A model generated the notes under the pieces. That model was not told the origin of the DNA. It did not search any database and saw only the letters and a program-made list of their open reading frames with translations. Both the position numbers and the translations under genes were made by a program. DNA of 56,332 bases from an uncultured Lachnospiraceae bacterium (GTDB taxonomy: Bacteria; Bacillota; Clostridia; Lachnospirales; Lachnospiraceae). Where the stretch lies: assembly GCA_947589455.1 (NCBI GenBank), contig CANQCD010000001.1, positions 1 to 56,332 on the forward strand. The letters are read 5' to 3'. This document shows, one piece after another, positions 39,388 to 49,630 of this stretch (position 1 is its first letter; each line of letters begins with the position of its first letter).

Positions 39388-40880
39388 GCCGCATAAAGAT
39401 TTTTATATAACTGGTGGTACTTGTCATATTCTTTTGTATTTTCAGCGATTGGCTTACATTCTTTTGCCGGGTCTTTATGTATCATCTTGCGGCACGCCGT
39501 CTCAACGCTGTCATAGATTCCAGCGCCAACGCCGGCAAGGATTGCCACGCCCAGGGCAGGTCCCTCGGTTGCGGTCACAGTGTTGACGTCACAGCCGTAC
39601 ATATCTGCCATCATCTGCCTCTGCAGGGCGTTTTTGGCGCCGCCGCCACATGCCATCATGTCGCTGACATTGATTCCCATTTCTGAAAGGATATCCTTGC
39701 AATCTGTCAGGGAGTAGCTGATTCCCTCCATCACGGCGCGTACGATATCTTTTCGGGTATGCATACTGGAAAGGCCGAAAAAGACGCCGCGGCAGTTTGC
39801 ATCCAGGTGCGGGGTGCGCTCTCCGTTCAGATAAGGGAGATAGATCAGCTTGTTAGCGCCAATCGGGGTTTCTTCCACCTCTTTATTGATGATCTCAAAT
39901 ACTCCGCAGCCTTTTTCCTTTGCCTCTGCCTCATAGCTGGCGCCCATGTTTGCCTGATACCAGGCAAGGGAATAGCCGGCAGCCTGCGTCACTCCCATGA
40001 CGTGCCATGCGCCCGGTACGGCACAGCAGAACGTATGGACGCGACCCTGCGGGTCAATGGAGATTTTGCTCGTATGGGCGTAGACTACGCCGCTGGTCCC
40101 TATCGTAGTAAATGCTTTTCCGTCCTCTACCACGCCGGTTCCTACGGCGGCTGCCGCATTGTCTCCGGCGCCTCCTACGACAACTGTAGAAGTAGATAAG
40201 CCGGTCTTTTCCGCGATTTCCGGAAGGATAGTTCCGGTTACTTCCGGTGATTCGTATACCTTGGCCAGGAGATTTTTGTCAATATCCAGTTTTTCGAGGA
40301 TTTCATCCGACCACTGGCGTTTTGGCACATCTAACAGCTGCATACCGGATGCATCGGACACTTCGGTTGCAAATTCGCCAGTCAGGATATAGCGCACATA
40401 ATCCTTTGGAAGGAGGATATGTCTGCATTTTGCATAATTTTCCGGCTCATGATTGCGAACCCAGAGTATTTTGGAAGCGGTAAAACCGGTCATCGCAGGG
40501 TTGGCGGTAATCTCTACCAGGCGCTCCCTGCCGATTTTTTCGGTCATCTCCTCACATTCTTTTTCGGTGCGCTGGTCGCACCAGATAATAGACGGGCGGA
40601 TCACCTCGCCGGCTTCGTCCAGCATGACGAGTCCGTGCATCTGTCCAGAGATGCCCAACCCCTTGATATCGTCAGCCGCTGCGCCAGAATCTTTTACTAC
40701 TTTTGCAATCGTCTCCAATGCAGCGTCGCGCCAGTCTTCCGGTTTTTGCTCCGCCCAGCCGTTGTTGGGGGTATAGAGCGGATAATCTTTGCTGGCAGAG
40801 GCGATCACTTCGCCGTTTTCATCAAAAAGGACTGTTTTTGTGGAAGAAGTTCCCAAATCAATACCAATTAAATAATTCAT
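39351..40880 (-). CDS. xylB: Xylulokinase (FGGY family)
   Basis: GIDLGTSSTK, ISGQMHG, IIWCDQRT, LLPKDY, SDASG, GAGDNAA, GTSG, PYLNGERTPH. Confidence 0.92.
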   Translation of the reverse strand: MNYLIGIDLGTSSTKTVLFDENGEVIASASKDYPLYTPNNGWAEQKPEDWRDAALETIAKVVKDSGAAADDIKGLGISGQMHGLVMLDEAGEVIRPSIIWCDQRTEKECEEMTEKIGRERLVEITANPAMTGFTASKILWVRNHEPENYAKCRHILLPKDYVRYILTGEFATEVSDASGMQLLDVPKRQWSDEILEKLDIDKNLLAKVYESPEVTGTILPEIAEKTGLSTSTVVVGGAGDNAAAAVGTGVVEDGKAFTTIGTSGVVYAHTSKISIDPQGRVHTFCCAVPGAWHVMGVTQAAGYSLAWYQANMGASYEAEAKEKGCGVFEIINKEVEETPIGANKLIYLPYLNGERTPHLDANCRGVFFGLSSMHTRKDIVRAVMEGISYSLTDCKDILSEMGINVSDMMACGGGAKNALQRQMMADMYGCDVNTVTATEGPALGVAILAGVGAGIYDSVETACRKMIHKDPAKECKPIAENTKEYDKYHQLYKNLYAALKDQYKTLAEL

Positions 40881-40900
40881 ATTTTCCTCCATGTCTTTCT

Positions 40901-42391
40901 TTAAGCAAATGGGTTTTCTGTCTTGTAAAGAACACCCTTTGGCTGGTTATAGCCGATTTCGTTTACATCTACGCCGATATATTTGAATACTTCATATAAT
41001 TCTTTGCCAAAATGGCCAAATGCAACGGCGCCGTGATGCGGGTAGTTTCCTTCGATCAGTACATGGCGGTAGAAACGTCCCATTTCCGGAATAGCAAAAA
41101 TTCCGATCGAGCCAAAGGAACGCGTTGCAACCGGGAGTACTTCGCCTTGTGCGATATATGCGCGCAGTCCGGCATCCGCCGTACTCTGCAGGCGGAAGAA
41201 AGTGATATCTCCGGGAACGATGTCTCCTTCCAGCGTACCGTTTGTCACCTCTTCCGGAAGAGAACGCGCCATGATCATCTGGTTTTTCATCTCGCAGAAA
41301 GCAAGTTTGGTGGAAGCGGTATTTCCGCAGTGGAAGCCCATAAACGTATCTTTTAAGGTGTAATCATATTTGCCCTTGATATCTTCTTCGTAGATATCCG
41401 GCGTAACTGTGTTGTTGATATCCAGCAGGGTAACTGTGTCGTTGCTGACTACGGTTCCGATAAACTCGCTTAATGCCCCATAGATATCTACCTCGCAGGA
41501 TACTGGGATGCCCATTTTTGTCAGGCGGCTGTTGACATAGCATGGAACGAATCCAAACTGAGTCTGGAATGCCGGCCAGCATTTTCCTGCAATGGCAACA
41601 TATTTTCTATATCCTTTATGGTCTTTGATCCAGTCGAGGAGAGTGATCTCGTATTGCGCCAGTTTGTTTAAAATCTCCGGTTTTTTATTTCCGTTTCCGA
41701 GCTCGTCGGCCATATCTTTTGCGACTTCCGGGATACGCGGGTCGTCTGCGTGGTTGTTAAACGCCTCAAACAAATCAAGTTCAGAATTTTCTTCAATCTC
41801 TACACCGAGGTTATAGAGCTGCTTGATCGGTGCGTTACATGCCAGGAAATTCAGCGGACGAGGACCGAAGCTGATGATCTTAAGATCGTTTAACGCAACG
41901 ACTGCGCGGGCAATCGGCACGAATCCATGGATCATGTCGGCGCATTCCTCAGCGCTTCCTACTGGATATTCCGGGATATATGCCCGGATGTTACGCAGCT
42001 TTAAGTTGTAGCTGGCGTTGAGCATACCGCAGTATGCATCGCCGCGCCCCTGGATCAGGCCGCCGTCTTTGGAAGACTCCTCCGCTGCGGCTACAAATAT
42101 CTTCGGCCCGTCAAAATGCTTTGCGAGAAGCGTTTCGGAAATCTCCGGCCCAAAGTTTCCAAGATATACGCAGAGTGCGTTGCAGCCTGCTTTTTTGATA
42201 TCCTCTAACGCCTGTACCATATGGATCTCACTCTCTACGATACAGACAGGACACTCATAAATATCCTCTGCGCCATACTTGTCTGTATAAGCTTTTACTA
42301 AATTTTTCCTGCGGTTTACAGAGAGAGATTCCGGGAAACAGTCCCTGCTCACTGCAACAATACCGATTTTGATTTTTGGCATATTTTCCAT
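40901..42391 (-). CDS. L-fucose/L-arabinose isomerase-family protein, probably a clostridial XylA-II type xylose isomerase
   Basis: VAVSRDCF, LGNFGPE, RGDAYCG, KCWP, SCEVD, FHCGN, PHHGA; directly upstream of xylB. Confidence 0.8.
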   Translation of the reverse strand: MENMPKIKIGIVAVSRDCFPESLSVNRRKNLVKAYTDKYGAEDIYECPVCIVESEIHMVQALEDIKKAGCNALCVYLGNFGPEISETLLAKHFDGPKIFVAAAEESSKDGGLIQGRGDAYCGMLNASYNLKLRNIRAYIPEYPVGSAEECADMIHGFVPIARAVVALNDLKIISFGPRPLNFLACNAPIKQLYNLGVEIEENSELDLFEAFNNHADDPRIPEVAKDMADELGNGNKKPEILNKLAQYEITLLDWIKDHKGYRKYVAIAGKCWPAFQTQFGFVPCYVNSRLTKMGIPVSCEVDIYGALSEFIGTVVSNDTVTLLDINNTVTPDIYEEDIKGKYDYTLKDTFMGFHCGNTASTKLAFCEMKNQMIMARSLPEEVTNGTLEGDIVPGDITFFRLQSTADAGLRAYIAQGEVLPVATRSFGSIGIFAIPEMGRFYRHVLIEGNYPHHGAVAFGHFGKELYEVFKYIGVDVNEIGYNQPKGVLYKTENPFA

Positions 42392-42508
42392 GTTTTGCCT
42401 ACCGTCCTTTCTGTCTTTTGATAATTTGTGCCGCCTGTGCGCAGCCTGTTATATTTCCTGTGGCCGCGCGTAGGCCAATGTCCCGCAGAACTGTTGCGGA
42501 CATTTTCT

Positions 42509-42571
42509 TGTGTTGTCAAATACAGACAACCACATTACACCTATTTTAGTATATCCAAGGCAATTTTGCAA
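42509..42571 (-). promoter_or_regulatory. Promoter (TTGCAA-17-TAAAAT) with a downstream operator-like palindrome GTTGTC-N7-GACAAC
   Basis: -35 at 42566-42571, -10 at 42543-42548; tgtgttgtcaaatacagacaaccaca at 42509-42534. Confidence 0.55.
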
Positions 42572-42678
42572 TAAAAAAGTGCGGAAAGAGGGCGGGGTTT
42601 TGTGAAAATTTTACAACATTTTTCGTCCGCTCCGCTTTATGTCCTGACATGGTCTGCCGGCCAGGGGACAGGCGGTTT

Positions 42679-44007
42679 TTATTTTAGAAAGACAAACTCG
42701 TTTAAGTCAAACAGGTGGCGTCCTTCAAATGCCCAGGTAAATGATCCGGATACTTTTTGACGTATGACAAAATAGACGGCGTGGCGCCCTTCTGCTTTTT
42801 TGAGCACTGCGCTGTAAATTCCGTCGTCTGTCCCAACCTCACAGCTTCCGAGAAATATGCCGTTTTCCGGATCGTCTAACATGACGTCCGCGGCCGCCTC
42901 GCTCCCTCTTCCGGAGGTGTGCAAAAGAAGTTTCATTGTCTTGCTGCTGTTGTCTGTGCCAAAGTCAAAATATTTATAGCCGACGACGCAGCCGTCAGTG
43001 ATATTGGTCACAGAAAAGACAAACGGGTTTTTTTCTGTGATAAGGCAGCCTCCCGTCAGATAACAGGCGGTATCAGCGCTTTGCTTTTCATAGGGATCCA
43101 ATGATTCCTCAAAGCCGAGAGAGGTCATTTCTACTGGCGGGATAGAGCCGTCCGGCAGGATCTTTATTTTTTCCACGCAGCCTCTTCTGGACATAATGCT
43201 CCCATTGGTCATGCGGTGGTAGAAGATATACCATTGCCCGTTGATCTCACAGATTGAGCCGTGATTGTTGCCGCCGGGATAGTCCACGCCGTTATCAATG
43301 ATATAGCCGCGGTAAGTAAACGGACCTGTGGGGGATTTTGACGTCATGTAGGCAAGACGGCTTCCACGGTTTGGGGAGTAGATCAGATAATAGGTATCGC
43401 CAATCTTTCGCGGGGAGCACGCCTCAAAAAATCCGCTTTCTTCTTCCTGCGGCAGAGATGGTATGATACGCTCAATACAGCTGCCTGGCAAGATTTCATA
43501 CATATTTTCCGGATTGATCTCTACCATATAGGAGCGTGTAAAACCACAATACATAAACACCCTTCCGTCGTCGTCCACCAGTACGCCCGGGTCGATAAAG
43601 CTTCCTCGATCATAAATCTCATCATTTTCATGATATTCATAGCGCTGCAGCAGGCGGAACGGCCCTTCCGGGCGGTCTGATTCCGCCACGCAGCCAGGGG
43701 AATCTACTATGTAGACATAGAGATAATATTTTCCGTCTTTTTCTACTACATCCGGGGCATATAATTGCCTGTCCGCCCAGTCTGTGTCTGCGGCATGGTC
43801 CCTGTCGGCGCGGGTGTGGAAGGCGTCGCCGTGGCAGATCCAGTGATTCAAGTTGTCAAGGGGGGCGCTCCAGACTTTCAGCTTATAGTCGCAAAAGGAG
43901 TCGGATGCTTTTCGGTCGTGAGAACCGTAGATATAGAGACGGCCGCCAAAGACTCTTGGCTCGCCGTCAGGGATGTATTCCCAATTTGGTAAATAAGGAT
44001 TTGCCAT
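42679..44007 (-). CDS. GH43 xylosidase/arabinofuranosidase with a C-terminal CBM6-like domain
   Basis: NPYLP.WEYIPDGEPRVF, LYAPD, IDPGVLVDDDG, FFEA, NNHGSI, GYKYFDF. Confidence 0.88.
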   Translation of the reverse strand: MANPYLPNWEYIPDGEPRVFGGRLYIYGSHDRKASDSFCDYKLKVWSAPLDNLNHWICHGDAFHTRADRDHAADTDWADRQLYAPDVVEKDGKYYLYVYIVDSPGCVAESDRPEGPFRLLQRYEYHENDEIYDRGSFIDPGVLVDDDGRVFMYCGFTRSYMVEINPENMYEILPGSCIERIIPSLPQEEESGFFEACSPRKIGDTYYLIYSPNRGSRLAYMTSKSPTGPFTYRGYIIDNGVDYPGGNNHGSICEINGQWYIFYHRMTNGSIMSRRGCVEKIKILPDGSIPPVEMTSLGFEESLDPYEKQSADTACYLTGGCLITEKNPFVFSVTNITDGCVVGYKYFDFGTDNSSKTMKLLLHTSGRGSEAAADVMLDDPENGIFLGSCEVGTDDGIYSAVLKKAEGRHAVYFVIRQKVSGSFTWAFEGRHLFDLNEFVFLK

Positions 44008-44251
44008 AAAAACCTCCGTTCTGCCGATTTACGGCATCATTTTTAGAGTAGTATAGCATGAAACGCTTTTCTTGTGTAGCAGAGAAGTGGAGAAGCCTTC
44101 GGCGCGGTCTGATGGGACAGCGGAAAAAACTAACTTTTTTTCGTGCAATTTCCAGTGAAATGTTGTATAATGAAAAACAGGCTGGGAAACCGGATGGCAG
44201 TCCGGTTTCTGGATCTATAGACAACTATGTTTAGGAAAGGATGGAGAAGGA

Positions 44252-46048
44252 ATGGCACAGAACAGATTGATTGGGGATTATCCGGTAATTGGGATCCGTC
44301 CTGCTATTGACGGCAGGAGAGGACCTTTGAAAGTCCGCGAGTCACTGGAAGAGCAGACGATGAATATGGCAAAAAGCGCAGCAGAGCTTTTTCGCAGGAA
44401 TCTGACATATTCTAATGGCGAGCCGGTAAAGGTTATTATTGCAGATACGACGATCGGGCGCGTGGCGGAGGCGGCCGCATGTGCTGATAAGTTCAGGAAA
44501 GCAGGGGTAGACATTACCCTGACGGTAACGCCTTGCTGGTGTTACGGTTCTGAGACAATGGACATGGATAAGACGACGATTAAAGGTGTCTGGGGATTTA
44601 ATGGAACAGAACGGCCGGGTGCAGTCTATCTCGCGGCAGTGCTTGCAGGACATGCGCAGAAGGGGCTTCCCGCATTTGGCATCTATGGCAGGGACGTACA
44701 GGATGCAGACGCCGTAGAGATACCGGAGGATGTGCAGGTTAAGCTGCTTCGCTTTGGGCGTGCGGCGGTCGCAGCGGCGACGATGCGTGGAAAATCTTAT
44801 CTGCAGATTGGTTCCGTGACGATGGGGATCGCAGGATCTATCATTGACCCGGCATTCATAGAGGAGTATCTGGGAATGCGCGTGGAATCAGTGGACGAGG
44901 TGGAGATCATCCGCCGTATGTCTGAGGGGATTTACGATGAAGAAGAATTTCAGAAAGCGCTCGCATGGACGAAAAGCTATTGCAAGGAAGGCTTTGATAA
45001 GAATCCAGATTTCGTAAAGAAGAGTGATGAACAGAAGGAAAAAGATTGGGAATTTGTGGTTAAGATGATGTGTATCATCAAAGACCTGATGAATGGCAAC
45101 CCGAACCTTCCGGAGGGAAGGGAAGAGGAGGCAGTCGGACATAACGCGCTGGCGGCAGGATTCCAGGGGCAGAGGCAGTGGACGGATTTTTATCCGAACG
45201 GAGACTTTGCAGAGGCGCTGTTAAATTCTTCCTTTGACTGGAATGGGGCAAGAGAGCCTTATATCCTGGCGACTGAAAATGATACGCTGAATGGGATTGG
45301 TATGCTGTTTATGAAGCTTTTGACCGGAAGGGCGCAGATTTTTGCGGACGTCCGCACGTATTGGAGCCCGGAGGCAGTGAAGCGGGCAACCGGCTATGAA
45401 CTTGAGGGGATTGCAAAGGAAGCGGGAGGTTTCCTGCACCTGATCAATTCCGGCGCGGCATGTCTTGACGCCTGCGGCGAGGTAAAAGATGCAGAGGGCA
45501 ATGGTGTGATGAAGCCGTTCTGGGAGATGACGGAGGAAGATCAGAAGGCCTGCCTGGCAGCGACAGAGTGGTGTGCGGCGGATAATGGCTACTTCCGCGG
45601 CGGCGGGTTTTCTTCCCGCTACCTGACCAGGGCAGAAATGCCGGTGACGATGATCCGCCTGAATCTGGTGAAAGGGTTAGGACCGGTGCTTCAGATCTGT
45701 GAGGGATATACAGTACAGCTTCCGGACGAGGTTTCCGATAAACTCTGGAAGCGCACGGATTACACATGGCCTTGTACATGGTTTGCACCGCGCATTACAG
45801 GCGAGGGCGCATTTAAGACAGCATATGATGTGATGAATAACTGGGGGGCAAACCATGGTGCGATCAGTTACGGACATATCGGCGCCGACCTGATCACACT
45901 GGCTTCCATCTTGCGGATCCCGGTATGTATGCACAATGTGCCGGAGGAGGATATTTTCCGTCCGGCGGCATGGAATGCCTTTGGAATGGACAAAGAAGGG
46001 CAGGATTACCGCGCCTGTGCAGCATATGGGCCATTATATAAATTATAA
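44252..46048 (+). CDS. fucI: L-fucose isomerase
   Basis: [67 protein letters not shown]. Confidence 0.96.
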   Translation: MAQNRLIGDYPVIGIRPAIDGRRGPLKVRESLEEQTMNMAKSAAELFRRNLTYSNGEPVKVIIADTTIGRVAEAAACADKFRKAGVDITLTVTPCWCYGSETMDMDKTTIKGVWGFNGTERPGAVYLAAVLAGHAQKGLPAFGIYGRDVQDADAVEIPEDVQVKLLRFGRAAVAAATMRGKSYLQIGSVTMGIAGSIIDPAFIEEYLGMRVESVDEVEIIRRMSEGIYDEEEFQKALAWTKSYCKEGFDKNPDFVKKSDEQKEKDWEFVVKMMCIIKDLMNGNPNLPEGREEEAVGHNALAAGFQGQRQWTDFYPNGDFAEALLNSSFDWNGAREPYILATENDTLNGIGMLFMKLLTGRAQIFADVRTYWSPEAVKRATGYELEGIAKEAGGFLHLINSGAACLDACGEVKDAEGNGVMKPFWEMTEEDQKACLAATEWCAADNGYFRGGGFSSRYLTRAEMPVTMIRLNLVKGLGPVLQICEGYTVQLPDEVSDKLWKRTDYTWPCTWFAPRITGEGAFKTAYDVMNNWGANHGAISYGHIGADLITLASILRIPVCMHNVPEEDIFRPAAWNAFGMDKEGQDYRACAAYGPLYKL

Positions 46049-46195
46049 TATAATGTAAGAGTCCGGCTGCAAAGCGGGAGTATGGATATCTGGCGGATAC
46101 GCACAGGGGCATTTTCGTGCTGACAACTGGCGGGAATGCCCGATTTATACAGAAAATACGGCGGCTTGCCAGAGACAGGGAAAAGGAGTACAGAG

Positions 46196-46678
46196 GTGGC
46201 AGAAATTGTAGTTGGAATATCAGATATAAAGGTTGCCAAAGGAGACAATACGATTGTCACTTATGCGCTTGGCTCGTGCGTCGGAGTCTGTCTGTATGAT
46301 GAAGTGACCGGCGTGGGCGGGATGCTCCATGCCATGCTTCCTGATTCAAATCAGGCGTTGGAAGCGTTTCGGCCGGAAAAATATGTTGATTCCGGAATCC
46401 CTATCCTGCACAGGATGGTATGCAGGATGGGAGCCGACAGAAGAAGGCTCAAGGCAAAATTATTTGGCGGTGCAAAAATGTTTCAATATGCAGTTTCAAC
46501 AGAGACAACGGATATTGGAACTGCCAATGTACTTATGGCAAGGGAATCTCTCCGGCGTATGGGCGTTGCGCTGGTGACAGAAGTGACTGGAGGCGAGGTG
46601 GGAAGGACCATTCGGTTTAATCCATCAGACGGCTCTGTACATATTCGCGCCACTGATAATACGGAGCAAAATGTATAG
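46196..46678 (+). CDS. cheD: Chemoreceptor glutamine deamidase CheD
   Basis: VGISD, TYALGSCVGVCLYD, GGMLHAMLP, KYVD, AKLFGGAKMF, IGTAN, TGGEVGRTI; GTG start behind AAGGAG. Confidence 0.92.
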   Translation: MAEIVVGISDIKVAKGDNTIVTYALGSCVGVCLYDEVTGVGGMLHAMLPDSNQALEAFRPEKYVDSGIPILHRMVCRMGADRRRLKAKLFGGAKMFQYAVSTETTDIGTANVLMARESLRRMGVALVTEVTGGEVGRTIRFNPSDGSVHIRATDNTEQNV

Positions 46679-46803
46679 GGAGGCTCCGCACATATTCGCA
46701 CTGTTGATAATATGGAGTTGAAGCTTCTGGAAGAAATGACACCTGCAGAAGCTCCGTACATATTCACACTGCTGATAATATGGAGCGAAAATGGATAGGA
46801 AGG
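46631..46803 (+). repeat. Three degenerate copies of the cheD 3' end
   Basis: gctc.g.acatattc.c.c...tgataata.ggag at ~46632, 46683 and 46751. Confidence 0.85.
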
Positions 46804-46814
46804 TTAGCTGTTCA

Positions 46815-46843
46815 TTGACCGTTTATGGCAAAAGAGGTATACT
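46815..46843 (+). promoter_or_regulatory. SigA promoter of tal/fsa-tkt
   Basis: TTGACC-17-TATACT. Confidence 0.7.
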
Positions 46844-46890
46844 GGAAGAGATGTGATTTTGCAAAATTTTAAAACAGGAGGATATATATT

Positions 46891-47550
46891 ATGAAGTTTT
46901 TTGTTGACACAGCAAAGATTGAGGACATCAAGAAAGCAAATGAGATGGGTGTGATCTGCGGAGTGACCACGAACCCGTCCCTGATCGCAAAAGAAGGAGG
47001 CAGGAGCCAGGAAGATGTATTAAAAGAGATCGCAAGCATTGTTGACGGTCCAATCAGCGGCGAGGTCAAGGCGACGACGGTAGATGCGGAAGGCATGATC
47101 GCGGAAGGAAGAGAAATCGCAAAACTCCATCCCAATATGGTAGTGAAAATACCTATGACAGTGGAGGGATTAAAGGCTACGAAAGTCCTCGCAAGCGAGG
47201 GAATCAAATGTAATGTAACGTTAATCTTTACTGCAAACCAGGCTTTGCTTGCAGCCAGAGCGGGAGCTGCTTATGTCTCTCCGTTCCTCGGACGTCTGGA
47301 CGATATCTCCATGCCAGGGATTGACCTGATCGAGCAGATTGCGGCAATCTTTGCAAATTATCCGGAAATTGATACGGAGATCATTGCTGCAAGCATCCGT
47401 AATCCAATCCATGTCACAGACTGCGCGCTGGCGGGTGCGGATATTGCGACGGTTCCATATGGGGTGATCGAACAGATGACAAAGCATCCGTTGACAGAAC
47501 AGGGGATTGCTAAGTTCCAGGCTGATTACAAAGCGGTATTTGGCGAATAG
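46891..47550 (+). CDS. tal: Transaldolase / fructose-6-phosphate aldolase family
   Basis: [49 protein letters not shown]. Confidence 0.9.
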   Translation: MKFFVDTAKIEDIKKANEMGVICGVTTNPSLIAKEGGRSQEDVLKEIASIVDGPISGEVKATTVDAEGMIAEGREIAKLHPNMVVKIPMTVEGLKATKVLASEGIKCNVTLIFTANQALLAARAGAAYVSPFLGRLDDISMPGIDLIEQIAAIFANYPEIDTEIIAASIRNPIHVTDCALAGADIATVPYGVIEQMTKHPLTEQGIAKFQADYKAVFGE

Positions 47551-47753
47551 AGTGGTCAGGTCATTGTGAAGCTGTCAAAAAAATAGAATATTGTACAGAC
47601 CGCGCCAATATAGCGTGGAAAGGAAGATCGCGTAATTGCCGCAGATAAGGCAGTATGCGAAGGAAAAGACGGTTTTTCATCCTACAGGCTTGCGCCAGCG
47701 CTGCGGCCGCAGACCTGTCCGATACAGAAGGCAGCGCAGAAATGAGGAAAACT

Positions 47754-48581
47754 ATGGACACATTAGCGTTAAAGAAAACTGCGAATGAAGTGCGCAAGGG
47801 GATTGTGACTGCAGTACACAGTGCGAAGTCCGGCCATCCGGGCGGTTCTTTATCCGCAGCAGATATTTTAACTTATCTTTATTTTGAAGAGATGAACATT
47901 GATCCGAAGGATCCGAAAAAGAAAGACAGGGATCGTTTTGTCCTGTCAAAAGGGCATATTGCCCCGGCATTATATTCCACTCTGGCAAACAGGGGATTTT
48001 TCCCGGCAGAGGATCTGAAAACACTGCGCCATGTGGGTTCTTATCTTCAGGGACATCCGGATATGAAGCATATTCCGGGAGTGGATATGTCAAGCGGTTC
48101 TCTGGGACAGGGCGGTTCCGCTGCAGTGGGCATGGCGCTTGCTGGAAAGCTCGACGGAGCGGACTACCGGGTATATTGCCTTTTCGGTGATGGTGAAATT
48201 CAGGAGGGGCAGGTCTGGGAGGCAGCGATGTTTGCCGGCGCCAGGAAATTAGATAATCTTGTATTTATCGTAGATAATAATGGCCTGCAGATAGACGGAA
48301 ATATCGAAGATGTATGTTCTCCCTATCCGATTGCAGATAAGTTTAAAGCGTTTAATTTCAATGTGATTGAGATTGACGCCCATGATTTTGAGCAGATTGA
48401 CGCAGCTTTTAAGAAAGCAAGACAGACCAAGGGACAGCCGACTGCCATTGTTGCAAAGAGCATAAAAGGGAAAGGGGTTTCTTTTATGGAGAATCAGGCA
48501 GGCTGGCATGGGACAGCCCCGAATGACGAACAGTTCGCGCAGGCGCTGGCAGACCTTGATAAAATCGGTGAAAGCTTATAG
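47754..48581 (+). CDS. tkt: Transketolase, N-terminal (TPP-binding) subunit
   Basis: SGHPGGSLS, RDRFVLSKGH, LQGHP, GSLGQG, GDGEIQEG, DNNGLQIDG, WHG. Confidence 0.93.
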   Translation: MDTLALKKTANEVRKGIVTAVHSAKSGHPGGSLSAADILTYLYFEEMNIDPKDPKKKDRDRFVLSKGHIAPALYSTLANRGFFPAEDLKTLRHVGSYLQGHPDMKHIPGVDMSSGSLGQGGSAAVGMALAGKLDGADYRVYCLFGDGEIQEGQVWEAAMFAGARKLDNLVFIVDNNGLQIDGNIEDVCSPYPIADKFKAFNFNVIEIDAHDFEQIDAAFKKARQTKGQPTAIVAKSIKGKGVSFMENQAGWHGTAPNDEQFAQALADLDKIGESL

Positions 48582-48602
48582 AAAAGCGGATAGGAGGAAG
48601 AA

Positions 48603-49541
48603 ATGGCAGATGTTAAGAAAATTGCTACAAGAGAAAGTTATGGTAATGCGCTTGCAGAGTTAGGAAATGAATATCCGGATCTGGTTGTCCTGGACGCAGA
48701 TCTGGCTGCCGCAACAAAAACGGGTATCTTCAAAAAAGCATTTCCGGACAGGCATATTGACTGTGGTATTGCAGAGAGCAATATGGTTGGTATTGCGGCA
48801 GGCCTGGCAGCGGCTGGGAAAATTCCATTTGTCAGCTCCTTTGCCATGTTTGCGGCGGGACGTGCCTTTGAGCAGGTTCGCAATTCCGTAGGTTATCCAA
48901 AATTAAATGTAAAAATCGGAGCAACCCATGCCGGGATTTCTGTCGGAGAGGACGGGGCGACCCACCAGTGCTGTGAAGACCTTGCGCTGATGCGCACAAT
49001 CCCGGGAATGGTAGTTATGAACCCGTCAGATGATATCGAGGCAAAGGCGGCAGTAAAAGCAGCGTTAGACCATCAGGGACCGGTTTACATCCGTTTTGGA
49101 AGGCTGGCAGTGCCGGTGATCAATGACAGGCCGGATTATCAATTTGAGATTGGAAGAGGCGTTACCCTTCGGGAAGGAAAAGATGTGACGCTGATCGCTA
49201 CCGGTCTTGAGGTTGCCGAGGCTTTGGAAGCTGCGGGAAAGCTGGAAAAGGATGGAATCGATGCCAAAGTGATCAATATCCATACATTGAAGCCTCTCGA
49301 TGAGGATTTGGTAGTAGCTGCAGCGAAAGAGACAGGCAAAGTGGTCACGATAGAAGAGCATTCCGTGATTGGAGGATTGGGAAGCGCTGTCTGTGACTGC
49401 CTTTCCCAGAAAGCGCCGACAAAAGTGCTAAAAATAGGCGTGAATGATACGTATGGCGAGTCCGGTCCGGCGACCGAGCTGATCAAAAAATACGGATTAG
49501 ATTCAGAAGGGATATATAACAAAGTAAAAGCATTCCTGTAA
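48603..49541 (+). CDS. tkt: Transketolase, C-terminal subunit
   Basis: ATRESYG, DADLA, GIAESNM, GEDGATHQ, YIRFGR, KPLD, EEHSVIGGLGS. Confidence 0.93.
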   Translation: MADVKKIATRESYGNALAELGNEYPDLVVLDADLAAATKTGIFKKAFPDRHIDCGIAESNMVGIAAGLAAAGKIPFVSSFAMFAAGRAFEQVRNSVGYPKLNVKIGATHAGISVGEDGATHQCCEDLALMRTIPGMVVMNPSDDIEAKAAVKAALDHQGPVYIRFGRLAVPVINDRPDYQFEIGRGVTLREGKDVTLIATGLEVAEALEAAGKLEKDGIDAKVINIHTLKPLDEDLVVAAAKETGKVVTIEEHSVIGGLGSAVCDCLSQKAPTKVLKIGVNDTYGESGPATELIKKYGLDSEGIYNKVKAFL

Positions 49542-49567
49542 AAGCGTGAAAAAATAAATGAATCTGG

Positions 49568-49630
49568 AAAAAAGGGCACCACTATGTTTCAAAGCCCTCC
49601 TTTAGGAGGGCTTGCAATTTCTTATTCCAT
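49568..49630 (-). repeat. Dispersed repeat element copy (internally deleted)
   Basis: aaagggcaccactatgtttcaaagccctcctttaggagggcttgcaatttcttattccat. Confidence 0.85.

Noticed and set aside
44056-44072. cre/LacI-type site (tgaaacgcttttc) between GH43 and fucI
   Set aside because: Imperfect symmetry and spacing; too weak to call
47551-47753. TPP riboswitch upstream of transketolase
   Set aside because: The conserved CUGAGA and UGAU...AAUGC..GCGUAGGGA core is not found
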